64,000 bases of DNA from a bacterium (GCA_027002475.1 JALWZS010000038.1:46032-110031), one strand, 5' to 3'; counted from the first letter of the stretch, positions 10,114 to 20,662 are shown. Notes: generated by a model not told the origin, from the sequence alone. Made by a program: numbers and translations.

Positions 10114-11627
10114 AAATTGTATTAAACGAACAAAATAGAATTTATCAATTAGTTAAAGCAATTAGGGAATCGTCAGATTTAGAGCTTGAGATTGTAGTGC
10201 CAAAGGACTCCTTGTTTAGAAGGAATCCTTTAAACGTCATATTCTTAAAAAATCTAGCACAACGATTTGGAAAACATGTGCAGATAACGGAAGATTCGTC
10301 GTCGAGTTCTGGTTCATCTCAGCCTAAGGCTACTGCAGCTGCAACTAAACCGCAAGAAGAAGCAGTCGAGATGATTAATGAGGAAACAACGGGAGGGTCT
10401 GCAGTTGAAAAATCAAGCGGAGAGGCAGAGACACCTATAGCCTCGCCAAAACGTTTTTCCGTTTCTCCTGTAAAGGTGTTAGCTGTTGTGTTCTCAATGT
10501 TGCTACTTATTATCATTGGCGGTGGAGCATTTGTTTACTATTACTTGCCGCAAGCAACAGTAACTCTTTTTGTTTCAGAAAAACTTATTGAAAAGAGTAC
10601 AACGGTAACTGTTGATGAAACTGCACAAAAGGTTGATATAGAAAAAAGAATTGTTCCAGGGAAAGAGGTACGTGTGTCGCTTGCTGGTGCGGATACATTT
10701 AAAGCTACTGGGGAAAAGACAATTGGTGAAAAAGCCACTGGAGTTGTAGAGATACGAAACTTTACGACGGCTGATGTTTTACTTGGTGCAGGGACAGTTC
10801 TTTCTACCCAACTAGAGGACGGTACACCACTTTCTTTTATATTGACTGAAAGTGTAACTTTGCCTCAGGCAACAACAGATGAGGATGTCCGTGTGGCTGG
10901 CAAAAAGACTGCTAGTGTAGAAGCTACCGATATTGGTGCGCAATATAACGTTAGCAGTGGGCACAAGTTCTCTGTTGCAGACTTTGATATAAACGATCTG
11001 TCTGCCGTAAACGATTCCGACTTCACTGGTGGAAGTACTGAGCAGGTAAAGATTGTGTCGGAAGATGACTTGCAGAGTGCAAAGGCAAAGCTGCAGGCAA
11101 AGCTTAAGACAGACCTAATAAATAAGCTAAAGCAGACGATTGGTAAGGACGAATTGTTCGAAGAAAAGTCGGTGTCTTTCTCAACGCTATCCGTTGATTC
11201 TAATCACGAAATTGGAGACGAGGCTGATTCGTTTACCGTAAACATGGAGCTAGAAGCAGTAGCTCTAGTTGTATCAAAAGAGGACATTAGGAGCGTATTA
11301 AAAGGAGAGTTGCTAGCTAATATTCCAGAAGGGTTTACTCTTTCTAAAAAAGATGAGGTAGTTACTATTCAAAACACCGAGGTTAAGGACGATAAGGTGC
11401 AAGTTAAGGCAAAGATTTCGTCACTTGTGGTGCCTGTTCTTGATACAAGTGAATTAAAAGAGCGACTACTCGGTAAAAGCCCTGCCGTAGCTGAGAGTAT
11501 TTTAAAAAGTATTGATAATGTTGAAGGGTATGATGTGCAGTTTTGGCCTGCGCTGCCTGAAGCAATAAGGACTTTCCCTCATATACCAGATAAACTTACT
11601 ATAAAGGTTGAGGTAAAAGCGGACTAG
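10110..11627 (+). CDS. Hypothetical bitopic membrane protein (cytoplasmic N-domain, one TM, ~360-aa exported domain)
   Basis: 505 aa. Start overlaps the upstream stop (ATGA). Single hydrophobic helix VLAVVFSMLLLIIIGGGAFVYYYL at ~aa 120-145. Ser-rich linker. No recognised domain. Confidence 0.5.
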   Translation: MKIVLNEQNRIYQLVKAIRESSDLELEIVVPKDSLFRRNPLNVIFLKNLAQRFGKHVQITEDSSSSSGSSQPKATAAATKPQEEAVEMINEETTGGSAVEKSSGEAETPIASPKRFSVSPVKVLAVVFSMLLLIIIGGGAFVYYYLPQATVTLFVSEKLIEKSTTVTVDETAQKVDIEKRIVPGKEVRVSLAGADTFKATGEKTIGEKATGVVEIRNFTTADVLLGAGTVLSTQLEDGTPLSFILTESVTLPQATTDEDVRVAGKKTASVEATDIGAQYNVSSGHKFSVADFDINDLSAVNDSDFTGGSTEQVKIVSEDDLQSAKAKLQAKLKTDLINKLKQTIGKDELFEEKSVSFSTLSVDSNHEIGDEADSFTVNMELEAVALVVSKEDIRSVLKGELLANIPEGFTLSKKDEVVTIQNTEVKDDKVQVKAKISSLVVPVLDTSELKERLLGKSPAVAESILKSIDNVEGYDVQFWPALPEAIRTFPHIPDKLTIKVEVKAD

Positions 11628-11631
11628 CATC

Positions 11632-12015
11632 GTGAGAATTCTTGCAATTGACCTTGGGTATAAACACACCGGACTGGCTATGTTTGATGAAACTCTTGGA
11701 ATTTCGCCTCTTGCAAATGTTGAACACAAAGACTTATACGAACTGCTTTCTAAGCTAATGCGTTTTATTGAGGATTATGGTTTTGACAAGATTCTTGTAG
11801 GCGATATGGGGGGCGGGGAAAACGAAGAGTACCTTAATAAGTTTGTAGATATTTTGCAAAGCCGCTTAAATTTAAAGTGTGAGATCGTGAGTGAGCGGTA
11901 TTCATCGAAACAAGCAACTAAGGAAATACAAAATACCGGCAATGTGGAGGTAAAAAAAGATCATGCATCTGCAGCGGTACAAATCTTAAGAGACTACGTA
12001 GTCAGGGATTTGTAG
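11632..12015 (+). CDS. ruvX: Putative pre-16S rRNA nuclease / Holliday-junction resolvase-like YqgF (RuvX)
   Basis: 127 aa, GTG start. MRILAIDLGYKHTGLAMFDE matches the RuvX/YqgF N-terminus (RNase H-fold). The position downstream of alaS matches conserved alaS-ruvX synteny. Confidence 0.8.
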   Translation: MRILAIDLGYKHTGLAMFDETLGISPLANVEHKDLYELLSKLMRFIEDYGFDKILVGDMGGGENEEYLNKFVDILQSRLNLKCEIVSERYSSKQATKEIQNTGNVEVKKDHASAAVQILRDYVVRDL

Positions 12016-12058
12016 GGTTGCGTTTTGGTATATGCATGAGATATATTAATAAAAGACT

Positions 12059-15000
12059 ATGAAACTAAAACTGCCTAGTTTGGTTGTTCTTATTTTAATT
12101 GGCTCATTTGCCTTGGGTAGTGTATTTATTGCTCCGCCAACAAGCGCTGATATTTTTGGCGGTGGAAGTAATTCTGGTGGTAGTATTTTTGGGAATATCT
12201 CTGATGGTGTTAGTGGTATCTTTGATGGGATAAGAGAGGCGTTCCCTGGCGGTGCAGTTATTCCTGCTGACTTACCAACGCCAACCCCAACGCCTGTTGG
12301 ATATACTTCGCCTCCTCCACAACCCCCAGCGTCGCTTGGTGATGTTCGTGAATTGAAACTAAGATTAGAATGGGATACGCTAAGCCTTGGTGGTGAGGCT
12401 GTGTACCCACAAGAAAAAGATCCACTGGTTTGTATACATCTCGGTGACGATCTTGCTGTGAGTGAGGGGTTCTCTGAGTGCGCTGGCCGTGGGTATCCTG
12501 GTGCGGTTGCTTGCGATAGGTGCGGGTTCGCCGATATAAATGATTATGCATTTGACGCCCAAAACCGTTTGGTGCGCAAAGACGTCTTAGGTATGAAGGT
12601 GGAAGCTGGTGCGGATAGTCCGCCGCCACCATCATCGCCACCTGACGGGGGACCTACGGTGGTAGCACCTTATGTGTGGGAGGTTTGTGTGCCTAGGCAA
12701 GAATGTAAGGTGGCTGACTTGACGCATGCGATTGTTGGGTGGTGTGGTCAAAATCCAGTTATTCAGAATACAGCAGGATTTAGTGCGAAAATACCAATTA
12801 ACTCTACTGGACCTAATTCATTCACGTTGCCGAATGCAGTGTCGAATAAGTATATTCGTAGGGATGGTTATGCGTTTAGGTGTGTGATTGCAGACTGTGA
12901 AAGCGGTACGTGTTCTCATGATAATTATGTTGAATTTCAGACTATGATTTACCCATCTAACGCAATCTCGATGTACTTAACTGTAGAAAATCCGTCTCAG
13001 ATCCATACAATAAATAATATTTTAATAAAATCAAATACACTAACCTTTGCTAAAGAAGGAGAAACTCCTCTACCTCACAATCTAGATTACTTAGTAGCTC
13101 AAAATGACAACAATCATAATAATCCACCTGTGGCAAATGATTTTTATAAGAATGACTATAAGCCAAGCGCCACTGGAGCACCTACTGAGGGATGGGGTTA
13201 TAAGCATGGTAATAACCTTACAGACTCGACTACAATAAATGTGAGTGGGGTCGATTTTAAAGTTAAAAAGGACACCTCTGATCCAAGTAGAGATGTTTAT
13301 TATTTTGAGTATGGCCCTTTTGACTTAGCCCCTGGACAAACTAAAAAACTACCTTACCAACCAGCTAGTGCCGAGTTTTCTATGATACCTGGGACGGCTG
13401 CAACAGTACCAGGGAGTGGACCGTCATTGGTACCACTTGCCAAACCATGTGAATGTCAGTCAGTTAAACTGCATGACGTATTAGGTACACCTCCAAATGG
13501 CTGTAATCAAGTAATAACTAATCCAACAATTAATCAGTGTCGTTTGTATTATGGAATAGGCGCAAAGCGTAATGAGGGTGGGACCATCGTTAACTATGCA
13601 GATCACTCAGGAGGATACTCTTGTGACTTGCAAGGAATAACAGTTGATGGTTGTCCACCGCCATGGTGCTTTGACGGAGCGGTCAGTCAAGTTGGTCCAA
13701 TGGACGAATGCGAAAAGATTATACAAAGGTATCCAGAGTTAGACCAGCACCCTGGTGGTCCAAATGGAAAAATAGATAACCCACAAGACTTAAATCTTGA
13801 TGGTGATTTCGATGATCCGGGTGAAGACGAATGGTGGTTCTGGAATATGTCGTCGCAGGGACCTGAGTCATTAAGTTCCTTGGGCTCGCTGGCAAAGGCG
13901 ATATTGCCCAGAGAGTTAGTGTCATTCTTTGGTGGTAAGGCCAAAGATGTCCCCGCTGAACTAGCATCTGTCAACGATGTGTCGGCGTTTGGATGTCCAC
14001 AACCGTGTCAAAACCAGCCGCCACCAGGAGTACAAGGTAAAGGTGGTATTATCCCAAGAGACTTTAACTTCATATGTGATCCGGATGACAAATACGATAG
14101 TGGAGATATGGTTGAAGAAAAGCGTTGTAGTGGAGTCGATTTTGATCCAGCTAAGAACAACAAGACAATTATCCCTCCTATAAATACGAACCACCCAGAT
14201 TTGGCGTATGATCAAATGCTTTTTAAAACATACCGTGACGTGACTGCATTAAAGGGATGTGGTTATAACGCTTCGTCGAATAATTCAGTAATTGGTCCTA
14301 TTCAAGTCGTTGCAGAATATGGCGGACGTGGCGATGCGCGCACTGGTAGATCTGTTCTCTTGGCGTCTATACCAATCGGTGGACGTATTTTAGACGACCA
14401 AGCCAGACCATATGGTTGGCCTGTAACCGGGGAGATTGAGCAAGACTGGGGTTACACTGGGCAAGCGGCAAATCAGGGTCCGTACCGTTCGACTCCATCA
14501 AGCGAGTACGGTGAGTACCGTTATTGTTCTCCTACAGATGCTATGCTCTCGCCTGACGAATTGCTTGCTACGAAGGTCTCTTGTCCTGATATTCCTGATT
14601 CGGACATAGATCAGGCAAACAATAATGCAAAGCCTAAAGCTGATTTAGTTGCTGCAATTAGTAATCCTGGCTCGATTATTAGGAACTGGGTTGCGTGTAC
14701 CCCTAATCCAAATGATGACTGTTGGCAGGAAACTATTGATAATGTAGATAAGTGTTATAACGCGGTGGTTAAAGGCGCTATGGATACAGGGAACGACCCT
14801 GCAATGGCGTTAGCTATTTGGTTGGAGGAGTCTGGCGCAAGTAACTATATGCACTTTCCTGACGTTGCGGACTTTGGATGCACAGCGGCAACACATAATA
14901 ATTTCAATGTACAGCTAGAGTGTTTCAACGGCTTGCAGGATAGTTACTATGACTGGATTCACAATCCAGCTAATTCTGCCAGAGATTGTGTAAAAAATGC

Positions 15001-15211
15001 TCCTACTGGAGAATTAAGCATAGATAAATTCCTGCTCTTGTTCCAAGGTGGTTATCGTGCTTGCGATGAGAATAATCAAGCGGGGAATCAGCACTTTAGG
15101 GATAGAATAAAGGATGCTTATAAAATTACCCAGAAAGACGGAAGGTCGCTTGAAATACCTTGTACTCTAAAATCAACTAAATGGGATGATCCGACATGTC
15201 CACAGCCATGA
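12059..15211 (+). CDS. Large secreted Cys-rich, Pro-rich protein of unknown function
   Basis: 1050 aa. Signal peptide MKLKLPSLVVLILIGSFALGSVFIAPPTSA, then a Gly/Ser-rich segment, PTPTPTP and PPPPSSPP tracts, and many Cys. The C-terminal region (LAIWLEESGASNY...) is weakly lysozyme/SLT-like. Confidence 0.7.
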   Translation: MKLKLPSLVVLILIGSFALGSVFIAPPTSADIFGGGSNSGGSIFGNISDGVSGIFDGIREAFPGGAVIPADLPTPTPTPVGYTSPPPQPPASLGDVRELKLRLEWDTLSLGGEAVYPQEKDPLVCIHLGDDLAVSEGFSECAGRGYPGAVACDRCGFADINDYAFDAQNRLVRKDVLGMKVEAGADSPPPPSSPPDGGPTVVAPYVWEVCVPRQECKVADLTHAIVGWCGQNPVIQNTAGFSAKIPINSTGPNSFTLPNAVSNKYIRRDGYAFRCVIADCESGTCSHDNYVEFQTMIYPSNAISMYLTVENPSQIHTINNILIKSNTLTFAKEGETPLPHNLDYLVAQNDNNHNNPPVANDFYKNDYKPSATGAPTEGWGYKHGNNLTDSTTINVSGVDFKVKKDTSDPSRDVYYFEYGPFDLAPGQTKKLPYQPASAEFSMIPGTAATVPGSGPSLVPLAKPCECQSVKLHDVLGTPPNGCNQVITNPTINQCRLYYGIGAKRNEGGTIVNYADHSGGYSCDLQGITVDGCPPPWCFDGAVSQVGPMDECEKIIQRYPELDQHPGGPNGKIDNPQDLNLDGDFDDPGEDEWWFWNMSSQGPESLSSLGSLAKAILPRELVSFFGGKAKDVPAELASVNDVSAFGCPQPCQNQPPPGVQGKGGIIPRDFNFICDPDDKYDSGDMVEEKRCSGVDFDPAKNNKTIIPPINTNHPDLAYDQMLFKTYRDVTALKGCGYNASSNNSVIGPIQVVAEYGGRGDARTGRSVLLASIPIGGRILDDQARPYGWPVTGEIEQDWGYTGQAANQGPYRSTPSSEYGEYRYCSPTDAMLSPDELLATKVSCPDIPDSDIDQANNNAKPKADLVAAISNPGSIIRNWVACTPNPNDDCWQETIDNVDKCYNAVVKGAMDTGNDPAMALAIWLEESGASNYMHFPDVADFGCTAATHNNFNVQLECFNGLQDSYYDWIHNPANSARDCVKNAPTGELSIDKFLLLFQGGYRACDENNQAGNQHFRDRIKDAYKITQKDGRSLEIPCTLKSTKWDDPTCPQP

Positions 15212-17361
15212 TGAATAGAAAAAGAATACTAGCAATAATAGGAGGAATCGGAATAGCGTTATTTGTATTCTTCGGTACTCGATTTGTCGCGTATAAAACA
15301 GATAATAGTCTATTCCAAAACGAGGTGCGAGCGAGCGGGTCGGTTCAGTGGGGGATAAACATAGATCCAGCAAATCCAGACGGACATCCTTCTGCTGCAA
15401 GTCTTGGTAATGCAGGTTGGGTGAGGGTTGAGTTTAAGGACTGCAGTGATACAGATCCTGTCGGTGCGACTACTATCAGTCAATACACGAATGTTTTGTC
15501 TGAGTATCATAACGCAGGGATGAAGGTACTACTAATACTTGATTATCTAAGCTATCCAAATGCAGCAGATAATATAGATAAATTTGCGAAAAGGGTGGAG
15601 CATGTTGCAGAGAAACTTGGACATGATCTTAATTATATTGACGCGTATGAAATATGGAATGAAGAAGATCTTGCATCAATATACCCTCTTGATACTGCAA
15701 CTTATGCCAGTGTACTATCAGCACTATCTAGTGCAATAAGAGCTAAAGACCCAGGTAAACCCATTGTAATGGGAGGGTTGGCGTCGGGGCAGCCAAGTTA
15801 TGTAAGTTCTGTCAAGAACGCATTAGGAGGTAACCTTGATGCAGTTGATGCAATAGGAGTTCACCCTTACACAAAAGACGTTGACGGATATCCTGGGGGA
15901 GGGACAGGCGACATTATCGAGCTCATAGATCAATATAGGGCTGTGGCAGATAATAAGCCTATTTGGATTACTGAGATGGGGCTTGATACTACCGATGAGG
16001 CGCAGCAAGCGAATTATATTTTAAAATTAGATCAAGAGTTAAATAAACCAAGCAATGCGGGACATGTACCTGTTGTTACTTGGTTCGCCTGGAGTGATGG
16101 AATGGTATCTCCTTTTGGTATTGTAAAGGATTATTCGATAGCTAAGGCATCATATAATTCTTATTTTAATGTGCTTGGCGTATCGATACCAACGGTACGA
16201 GCACAATCGAGTGTCTCTGATATCTCTCCAGAAGGTGGAACTAGTTGTGGTGGGGCGCCAGAAAATCCGGGTCTAACTGCAAAAGAGGGATACATTCATC
16301 CAGGAATTGACATTAGACCGCAAAGGGGTGTTGCTAGCTCAAGCTATGTATACAGTACGCATGCGGGTTTTGTAACTTATGCTGGTCCTGCTCCTGTCAG
16401 TATTAAAGAACGCGGTTGGATGGTGCAAATTGAATCAGACTTAAATAGAGATAATGTGCCTGATGTAATCACTCGTTATACCCACATGATGCCAAATAGT
16501 TTAAGAATAAATGATGTTTGGTACAGGCGTTTTGCTTTTACTCCTGAGTATTTTGTTAGCTTGATTAATGGTATGGACGGAATAGAAAAGTTGCCGTTTG
16601 GGTATGGACCATATGTGGCTAGGAACCAGCTTTTGGGTATGGTTGGGGATAGTGGCAGTCCAGGGCATGTTCATATTCAGTACGAGATTTTGACGAATAG
16701 ATTTAGGTCGCTATATGGATTGGGGCTAGATACTGATGTGCCATATGCATGTTCAGACTCGCCATATGTTGAAGCTTGTTCGCCAGATGCTGGTAGACCA
16801 GGATTTTTCTTCCCACAGAATAGCAGAAAGCCTGCTAGGGTTCGTGGGCCTGTGTACTCAAATGCAGGGTTTGTAACTCCTCCACCAGCATTAACTCCAA
16901 TTGTGATTACTCCAACGCCAGCACCAGCGACTCCTACGCCTGATCCAAACCTACCAACACCGACTCCTGGTCCTACAGCAACTCCAGGTCCAACTCCTCC
17001 TGTAGGACCTGGTTGTGCTGACTTTGATTGCTTCACTATGTGTGCCAGCGTTGATGCTAGCAATACACTTTACGTTGAACTTTTCTGGAATTTCCACGAT
17101 CCCTCAACGAATCCTGGCGCATGTTATTGTGGTGACTTAAGCGATCATGAAATTAGGATCAATGGGGTTTCTTTTGGGCGACCGGCGGAGCTTAATGTGA
17201 TATCAGCTGCCCTGCCTCATAGGGTTTGGACTAACGGTGGGCACTCTGTGGGAGATCAGGTCTGCCGCTATAAAGGGAATTATGTTGCAGTGCCTGGATG
17301 GGACGATGCATGTAGACAACAGAACGATTGGGCTCAGTGTGTTAATGCGGTAGCTAGATAA
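15196..17361 (+). CDS. Membrane-anchored multidomain protein: clan GH-A glycoside hydrolase + M23 peptidase + PT linker + Cys-rich C-terminal module
   Basis: 721 aa. N-terminal TM helix. (beta/alpha)8 glycosidase signatures YEIWNEEDL (acid/base) and IWITEMGLD (nucleophile). M23 motifs HPGIDI (HxxxD) and GHVHIQYE (HxH). PT-rich linker TPTPAPATPTPDPNLPTPTPGPTATPGPTPP. C-terminal module with 10 Cys. Confidence 0.65.
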   Translation: MSTAMMNRKRILAIIGGIGIALFVFFGTRFVAYKTDNSLFQNEVRASGSVQWGINIDPANPDGHPSAASLGNAGWVRVEFKDCSDTDPVGATTISQYTNVLSEYHNAGMKVLLILDYLSYPNAADNIDKFAKRVEHVAEKLGHDLNYIDAYEIWNEEDLASIYPLDTATYASVLSALSSAIRAKDPGKPIVMGGLASGQPSYVSSVKNALGGNLDAVDAIGVHPYTKDVDGYPGGGTGDIIELIDQYRAVADNKPIWITEMGLDTTDEAQQANYILKLDQELNKPSNAGHVPVVTWFAWSDGMVSPFGIVKDYSIAKASYNSYFNVLGVSIPTVRAQSSVSDISPEGGTSCGGAPENPGLTAKEGYIHPGIDIRPQRGVASSSYVYSTHAGFVTYAGPAPVSIKERGWMVQIESDLNRDNVPDVITRYTHMMPNSLRINDVWYRRFAFTPEYFVSLINGMDGIEKLPFGYGPYVARNQLLGMVGDSGSPGHVHIQYEILTNRFRSLYGLGLDTDVPYACSDSPYVEACSPDAGRPGFFFPQNSRKPARVRGPVYSNAGFVTPPPALTPIVITPTPAPATPTPDPNLPTPTPGPTATPGPTPPVGPGCADFDCFTMCASVDASNTLYVELFWNFHDPSTNPGACYCGDLSDHEIRINGVSFGRPAELNVISAALPHRVWTNGGHSVGDQVCRYKGNYVAVPGWDDACRQQNDWAQCVNAVAR

Positions 17362-17366
17362 ATATT

Positions 17367-18356
17367 ATGTTGGATAAAATACGACAATTTACAATTTTAA
17401 CGAAAGCAATGAGTGCGTTCGTCAAGCTAGTTGCAATGGTTATAGTCGTTATCCTTTTGGTGTGGCAGTTGACTGGTCATAAGACAAATGTTGTTGAACA
17501 GAATGCCATAACTAGCTCAACATTTAGCATGGTTGATGCATTAAATACCGTACCTGTTGATGTTAACCTAGAAAAAGATGTCGACAAGTTTGAGGTTTAT
17601 AAAATGCCAATGTTTGCGTTGTCGTTACCTGATGCTAATTTATTTTCAGATGTAACCGCACAATTTGTTGCGCACGCGTTAGGGTTTACTCCAAAGGCTC
17701 AAGTTATGAACTCGGGAGATTTTGCGGGTTATAAGGAAGACGTCAAAACTTTAACTTTTGACAGAAAGTTAGGACAAGTCAACTACTCAACTATTTTAAG
17801 CATTGTTAATAAGGCTATTCCTAAGAGTGAGGCGTCACATAAGGATGTACAAAGTGCAGTTAAAAAGTTTTTTGAGAACTCGAAACTTCCTACTACGTTT
17901 TTTGACTTAGAGAATCTTGAGTATCAATCCATGGTGATGGATTCGGTTGGGGTTTTGTCCCCGGCGGTGTTGACTTCAGGGCGATTAACGAAGGTCGTGA
18001 TTCCTTATCAAGTTTCTGGGGTGCGCATACTACTACCAATTGAGAGTTATATGGTGGTAGATGGTAATGGCACTATTCGACTGATGACATTGTTTTTCCC
18101 GAACATTACTTTAACTGACAAAATGTACACGTTAATGAGTTGGTCTTCGGCAAAAAAGATTGCGCAGTCTGGTGGCGCCGCTGTTATTAGTTATGCTGCT
18201 AATTCTACCAAGGATTTTAGTATTGAGAAATCTTACGCAGCGTATTACATTAATCAAAGAGAATTTTACTCGATCGACAAAAGAAGGATTTTAAAACCAA
18301 TATATGTTTTTGAAGGAGATGGTGGTGTATTAGCAGTACCGGCAGAAAAATTATAA
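17367..18356 (+). CDS. Hypothetical membrane-anchored protein
   Basis: 329 aa, one N-terminal TM (FVKLVAMVIVVILLVWQL). No recognised domain. Starts 6 nt after the upstream stop. Confidence 0.5.
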   Translation: MLDKIRQFTILTKAMSAFVKLVAMVIVVILLVWQLTGHKTNVVEQNAITSSTFSMVDALNTVPVDVNLEKDVDKFEVYKMPMFALSLPDANLFSDVTAQFVAHALGFTPKAQVMNSGDFAGYKEDVKTLTFDRKLGQVNYSTILSIVNKAIPKSEASHKDVQSAVKKFFENSKLPTTFFDLENLEYQSMVMDSVGVLSPAVLTSGRLTKVVIPYQVSGVRILLPIESYMVVDGNGTIRLMTLFFPNITLTDKMYTLMSWSSAKKIAQSGGAAVISYAANSTKDFSIEKSYAAYYINQREFYSIDKRRILKPIYVFEGDGGVLAVPAEKL

Positions 18357-18358
18357 AG

Positions 18359-20659
18359 ATGATTATAAATAAACTTTATACGAAGTTAATTGCATTAACG
18401 GCAGTGGTTTCAGTTGTTGCCGTAGTGCTGTTTGTGCTTGTCGTTCAAGAGGAAAAGCCAACTGCAGTTACCAGTACCGAACCAGTAAGCGCGGCAACCT
18501 GTGATCATTGGTTGGAAAGCGAACCGTTTTATACTAATACCACTAGATCCCATCCTTTGCCATCATTTGCTGCAGGAAACTACTACTACGTTATGTTGAA
18601 GACTCCTGCATCCCACGCAAAATATGCAGAGATATTAAGCGATGGGAGTTTAGGTGAGTGGAAGGTTGCGACTAAGGGAGAGAGCGATAATTCAGGGAGG
18701 GGATATAATGCTGTTTCGTTTGATGGAACTGGTTATTTGTTGCGCTATGGACGTGTCTTGAAGCAGATCACTAGCGCAGATGGAGACATTGTTAACGAGG
18801 CAGATGTTGGGAATGGACCTAATAACGTTGGTGGACATGGTTACTATTGGTTGGGTTCCGTTCTTGCTGATTTTGGGGCAACTCGTTGGGTATATATCTT
18901 TGGTGGCTTTGACTTAGATCCTCATGTTTATGTATTTGACGGCACTTATCGTTCCAACAACTTGGCTAGCGCAAGTACTTGGTCTTGGACCCATATAGGC
19001 AAGAAGTTTCCAGGGGCTTACCCATACAAGGGGGCTTTTTATAAAGCTTCTGACGCATATGGGTTTATTTATGTGGCGGATCGCGACGGAACATTGTATA
19101 AGATACGTGTTGACTCTAATGGTAATTTAGGAACGTGGTCCTCTGCTGGTGTAAACTTTCCATCCGCCGATCGTGGGGATTATTTTGTTGCCAACAACAA
19201 GCTATGGGTGATTAGAGGGTCAAAGGTTTACTATGGAGATATTGATTCTTCCAGCGGGAACATATCCGCTTTTGATGATTCGCCACCTGATTTGCCAGGA
19301 CCTCAAATAGAGATGGATTGGGGGGACGGGCATAATGAAGGTAATTCGTGGGCAATAGTAAATGATGTGATTTATGTCACGGGTCCAGATAGGGTTTACT
19401 ATCTTCCATTAAGTGGCGGTTGTACGCGTGGTGGCGGTGGCGGTGGTTGGACGCCTGGTGTTGGTGGGGCTATAACTTGTAACGTTAAAGAATGGATTGC
19501 AAACGGCCCAAACGTTTTGACCGATCCAATAATATGTCCACGTCCTGAAGCGAGTAAGATAAATCCAGATTATTGTGCCGAAAACCCAACAGATGAAGTC
19601 TGCTTAAATCCTCCACCTCCATCAAGTCGGTGTGTGGACGGTGAAAAGTGTAAATTTAATTTCCAGCCCGATAAGATAGCTCAAATCCCGATGGATAAAG
19701 ATTATGGACAACATGATGGAACTGGGATAATGGCTGGCAAGCGTCAATATCGATATTATGACTACGACAATGATGTATTTATAGATGTCCCACCATATTG
19801 GTTCGGTAGCGGAGGAGGAAGTTTAATTGAAGCTAGTCTGACAAGTACTTCCCCAGCGCCTTATGATGGTTTGTCTGATCCAAGTATAACGGATGAAGCT
19901 CCGTGTGGTTGGCCAACTAATACATCTCATAGAAATGTTTATGCTGGATGTGGCTTCCCTTATACGGCTCACGATCGCGACACTTCAGGTGTAAATGGGA
20001 TTTGTCCAGAAGATATGAACCCACAAGCTCCAATTAGTTCTTGCGCTACAGAGGCATCTAACTATCATAACACTAATAATGGAACAGATATAACAGGTTA
20101 TGCAACTATTTATGCTACGCAAAAGGGGACCGCTTATAGGTGTGTGGATACATTGGATACTGACTACGGTGCCCATGGCTATGGAGTATTTACTGTAGTT
20201 CGAGGGGAGTATTTCACTACCTTAAGTGTACATTTTAGGCCAGTCCCTGCAGTTGATAGTGTTCCAGAATTAACCGATCCAAATGGGAGTCATTTATGTT
20301 GGGGGACAAAGCTTGTAAAAAAATGGGATGTTCAAAGGGGTGATGCCTTGGGAGAGGTTGGGCTTACTGGTTATACGAACGGTCCACACGTACATTATGT
20401 TATATTCCGAAACACCTTGCCCGATTCTAGTAATCCTTCTAAAAAGCTTCCTGATTGGAACCAACCAATCTGCGCCGCTTCGTTTATGGACTTGAACAAT
20501 GATTATTGTCAAGGGTTACCTCCTCAAACAATGAGTGCAAACCCATTTAGTAGCGTAGGCGCTTTTGTTAATAGTATCAATCCGTTTAGTTCTAATACAC
20601 AAGAGAGTACGCCTACACAAGAGAGTGCGCCAGATAGTAATTCTGATTATCGGGGCTAG
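18359..20659 (+). CDS. Membrane-anchored protein with Kelch-like beta-propeller repeats, poly-Gly/Cys-rich segment and C-terminal M23-like peptidase domain
   Basis: 766 aa. N-terminal TM. Repeated blade-like units (YVFDG, IYVADRDGTLYKI, LWVIRGSKVYYGDI). GGGGGGW tract. C-terminal GYTNGPHVHYVIF has the M23 HxH motif. Confidence 0.6.
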   Translation: MIINKLYTKLIALTAVVSVVAVVLFVLVVQEEKPTAVTSTEPVSAATCDHWLESEPFYTNTTRSHPLPSFAAGNYYYVMLKTPASHAKYAEILSDGSLGEWKVATKGESDNSGRGYNAVSFDGTGYLLRYGRVLKQITSADGDIVNEADVGNGPNNVGGHGYYWLGSVLADFGATRWVYIFGGFDLDPHVYVFDGTYRSNNLASASTWSWTHIGKKFPGAYPYKGAFYKASDAYGFIYVADRDGTLYKIRVDSNGNLGTWSSAGVNFPSADRGDYFVANNKLWVIRGSKVYYGDIDSSSGNISAFDDSPPDLPGPQIEMDWGDGHNEGNSWAIVNDVIYVTGPDRVYYLPLSGGCTRGGGGGGWTPGVGGAITCNVKEWIANGPNVLTDPIICPRPEASKINPDYCAENPTDEVCLNPPPPSSRCVDGEKCKFNFQPDKIAQIPMDKDYGQHDGTGIMAGKRQYRYYDYDNDVFIDVPPYWFGSGGGSLIEASLTSTSPAPYDGLSDPSITDEAPCGWPTNTSHRNVYAGCGFPYTAHDRDTSGVNGICPEDMNPQAPISSCATEASNYHNTNNGTDITGYATIYATQKGTAYRCVDTLDTDYGAHGYGVFTVVRGEYFTTLSVHFRPVPAVDSVPELTDPNGSHLCWGTKLVKKWDVQRGDALGEVGLTGYTNGPHVHYVIFRNTLPDSSNPSKKLPDWNQPICAASFMDLNNDYCQGLPPQTMSANPFSSVGAFVNSINPFSSNTQESTPTQESAPDSNSDYRG

Positions 20660-20662
20660 AAA

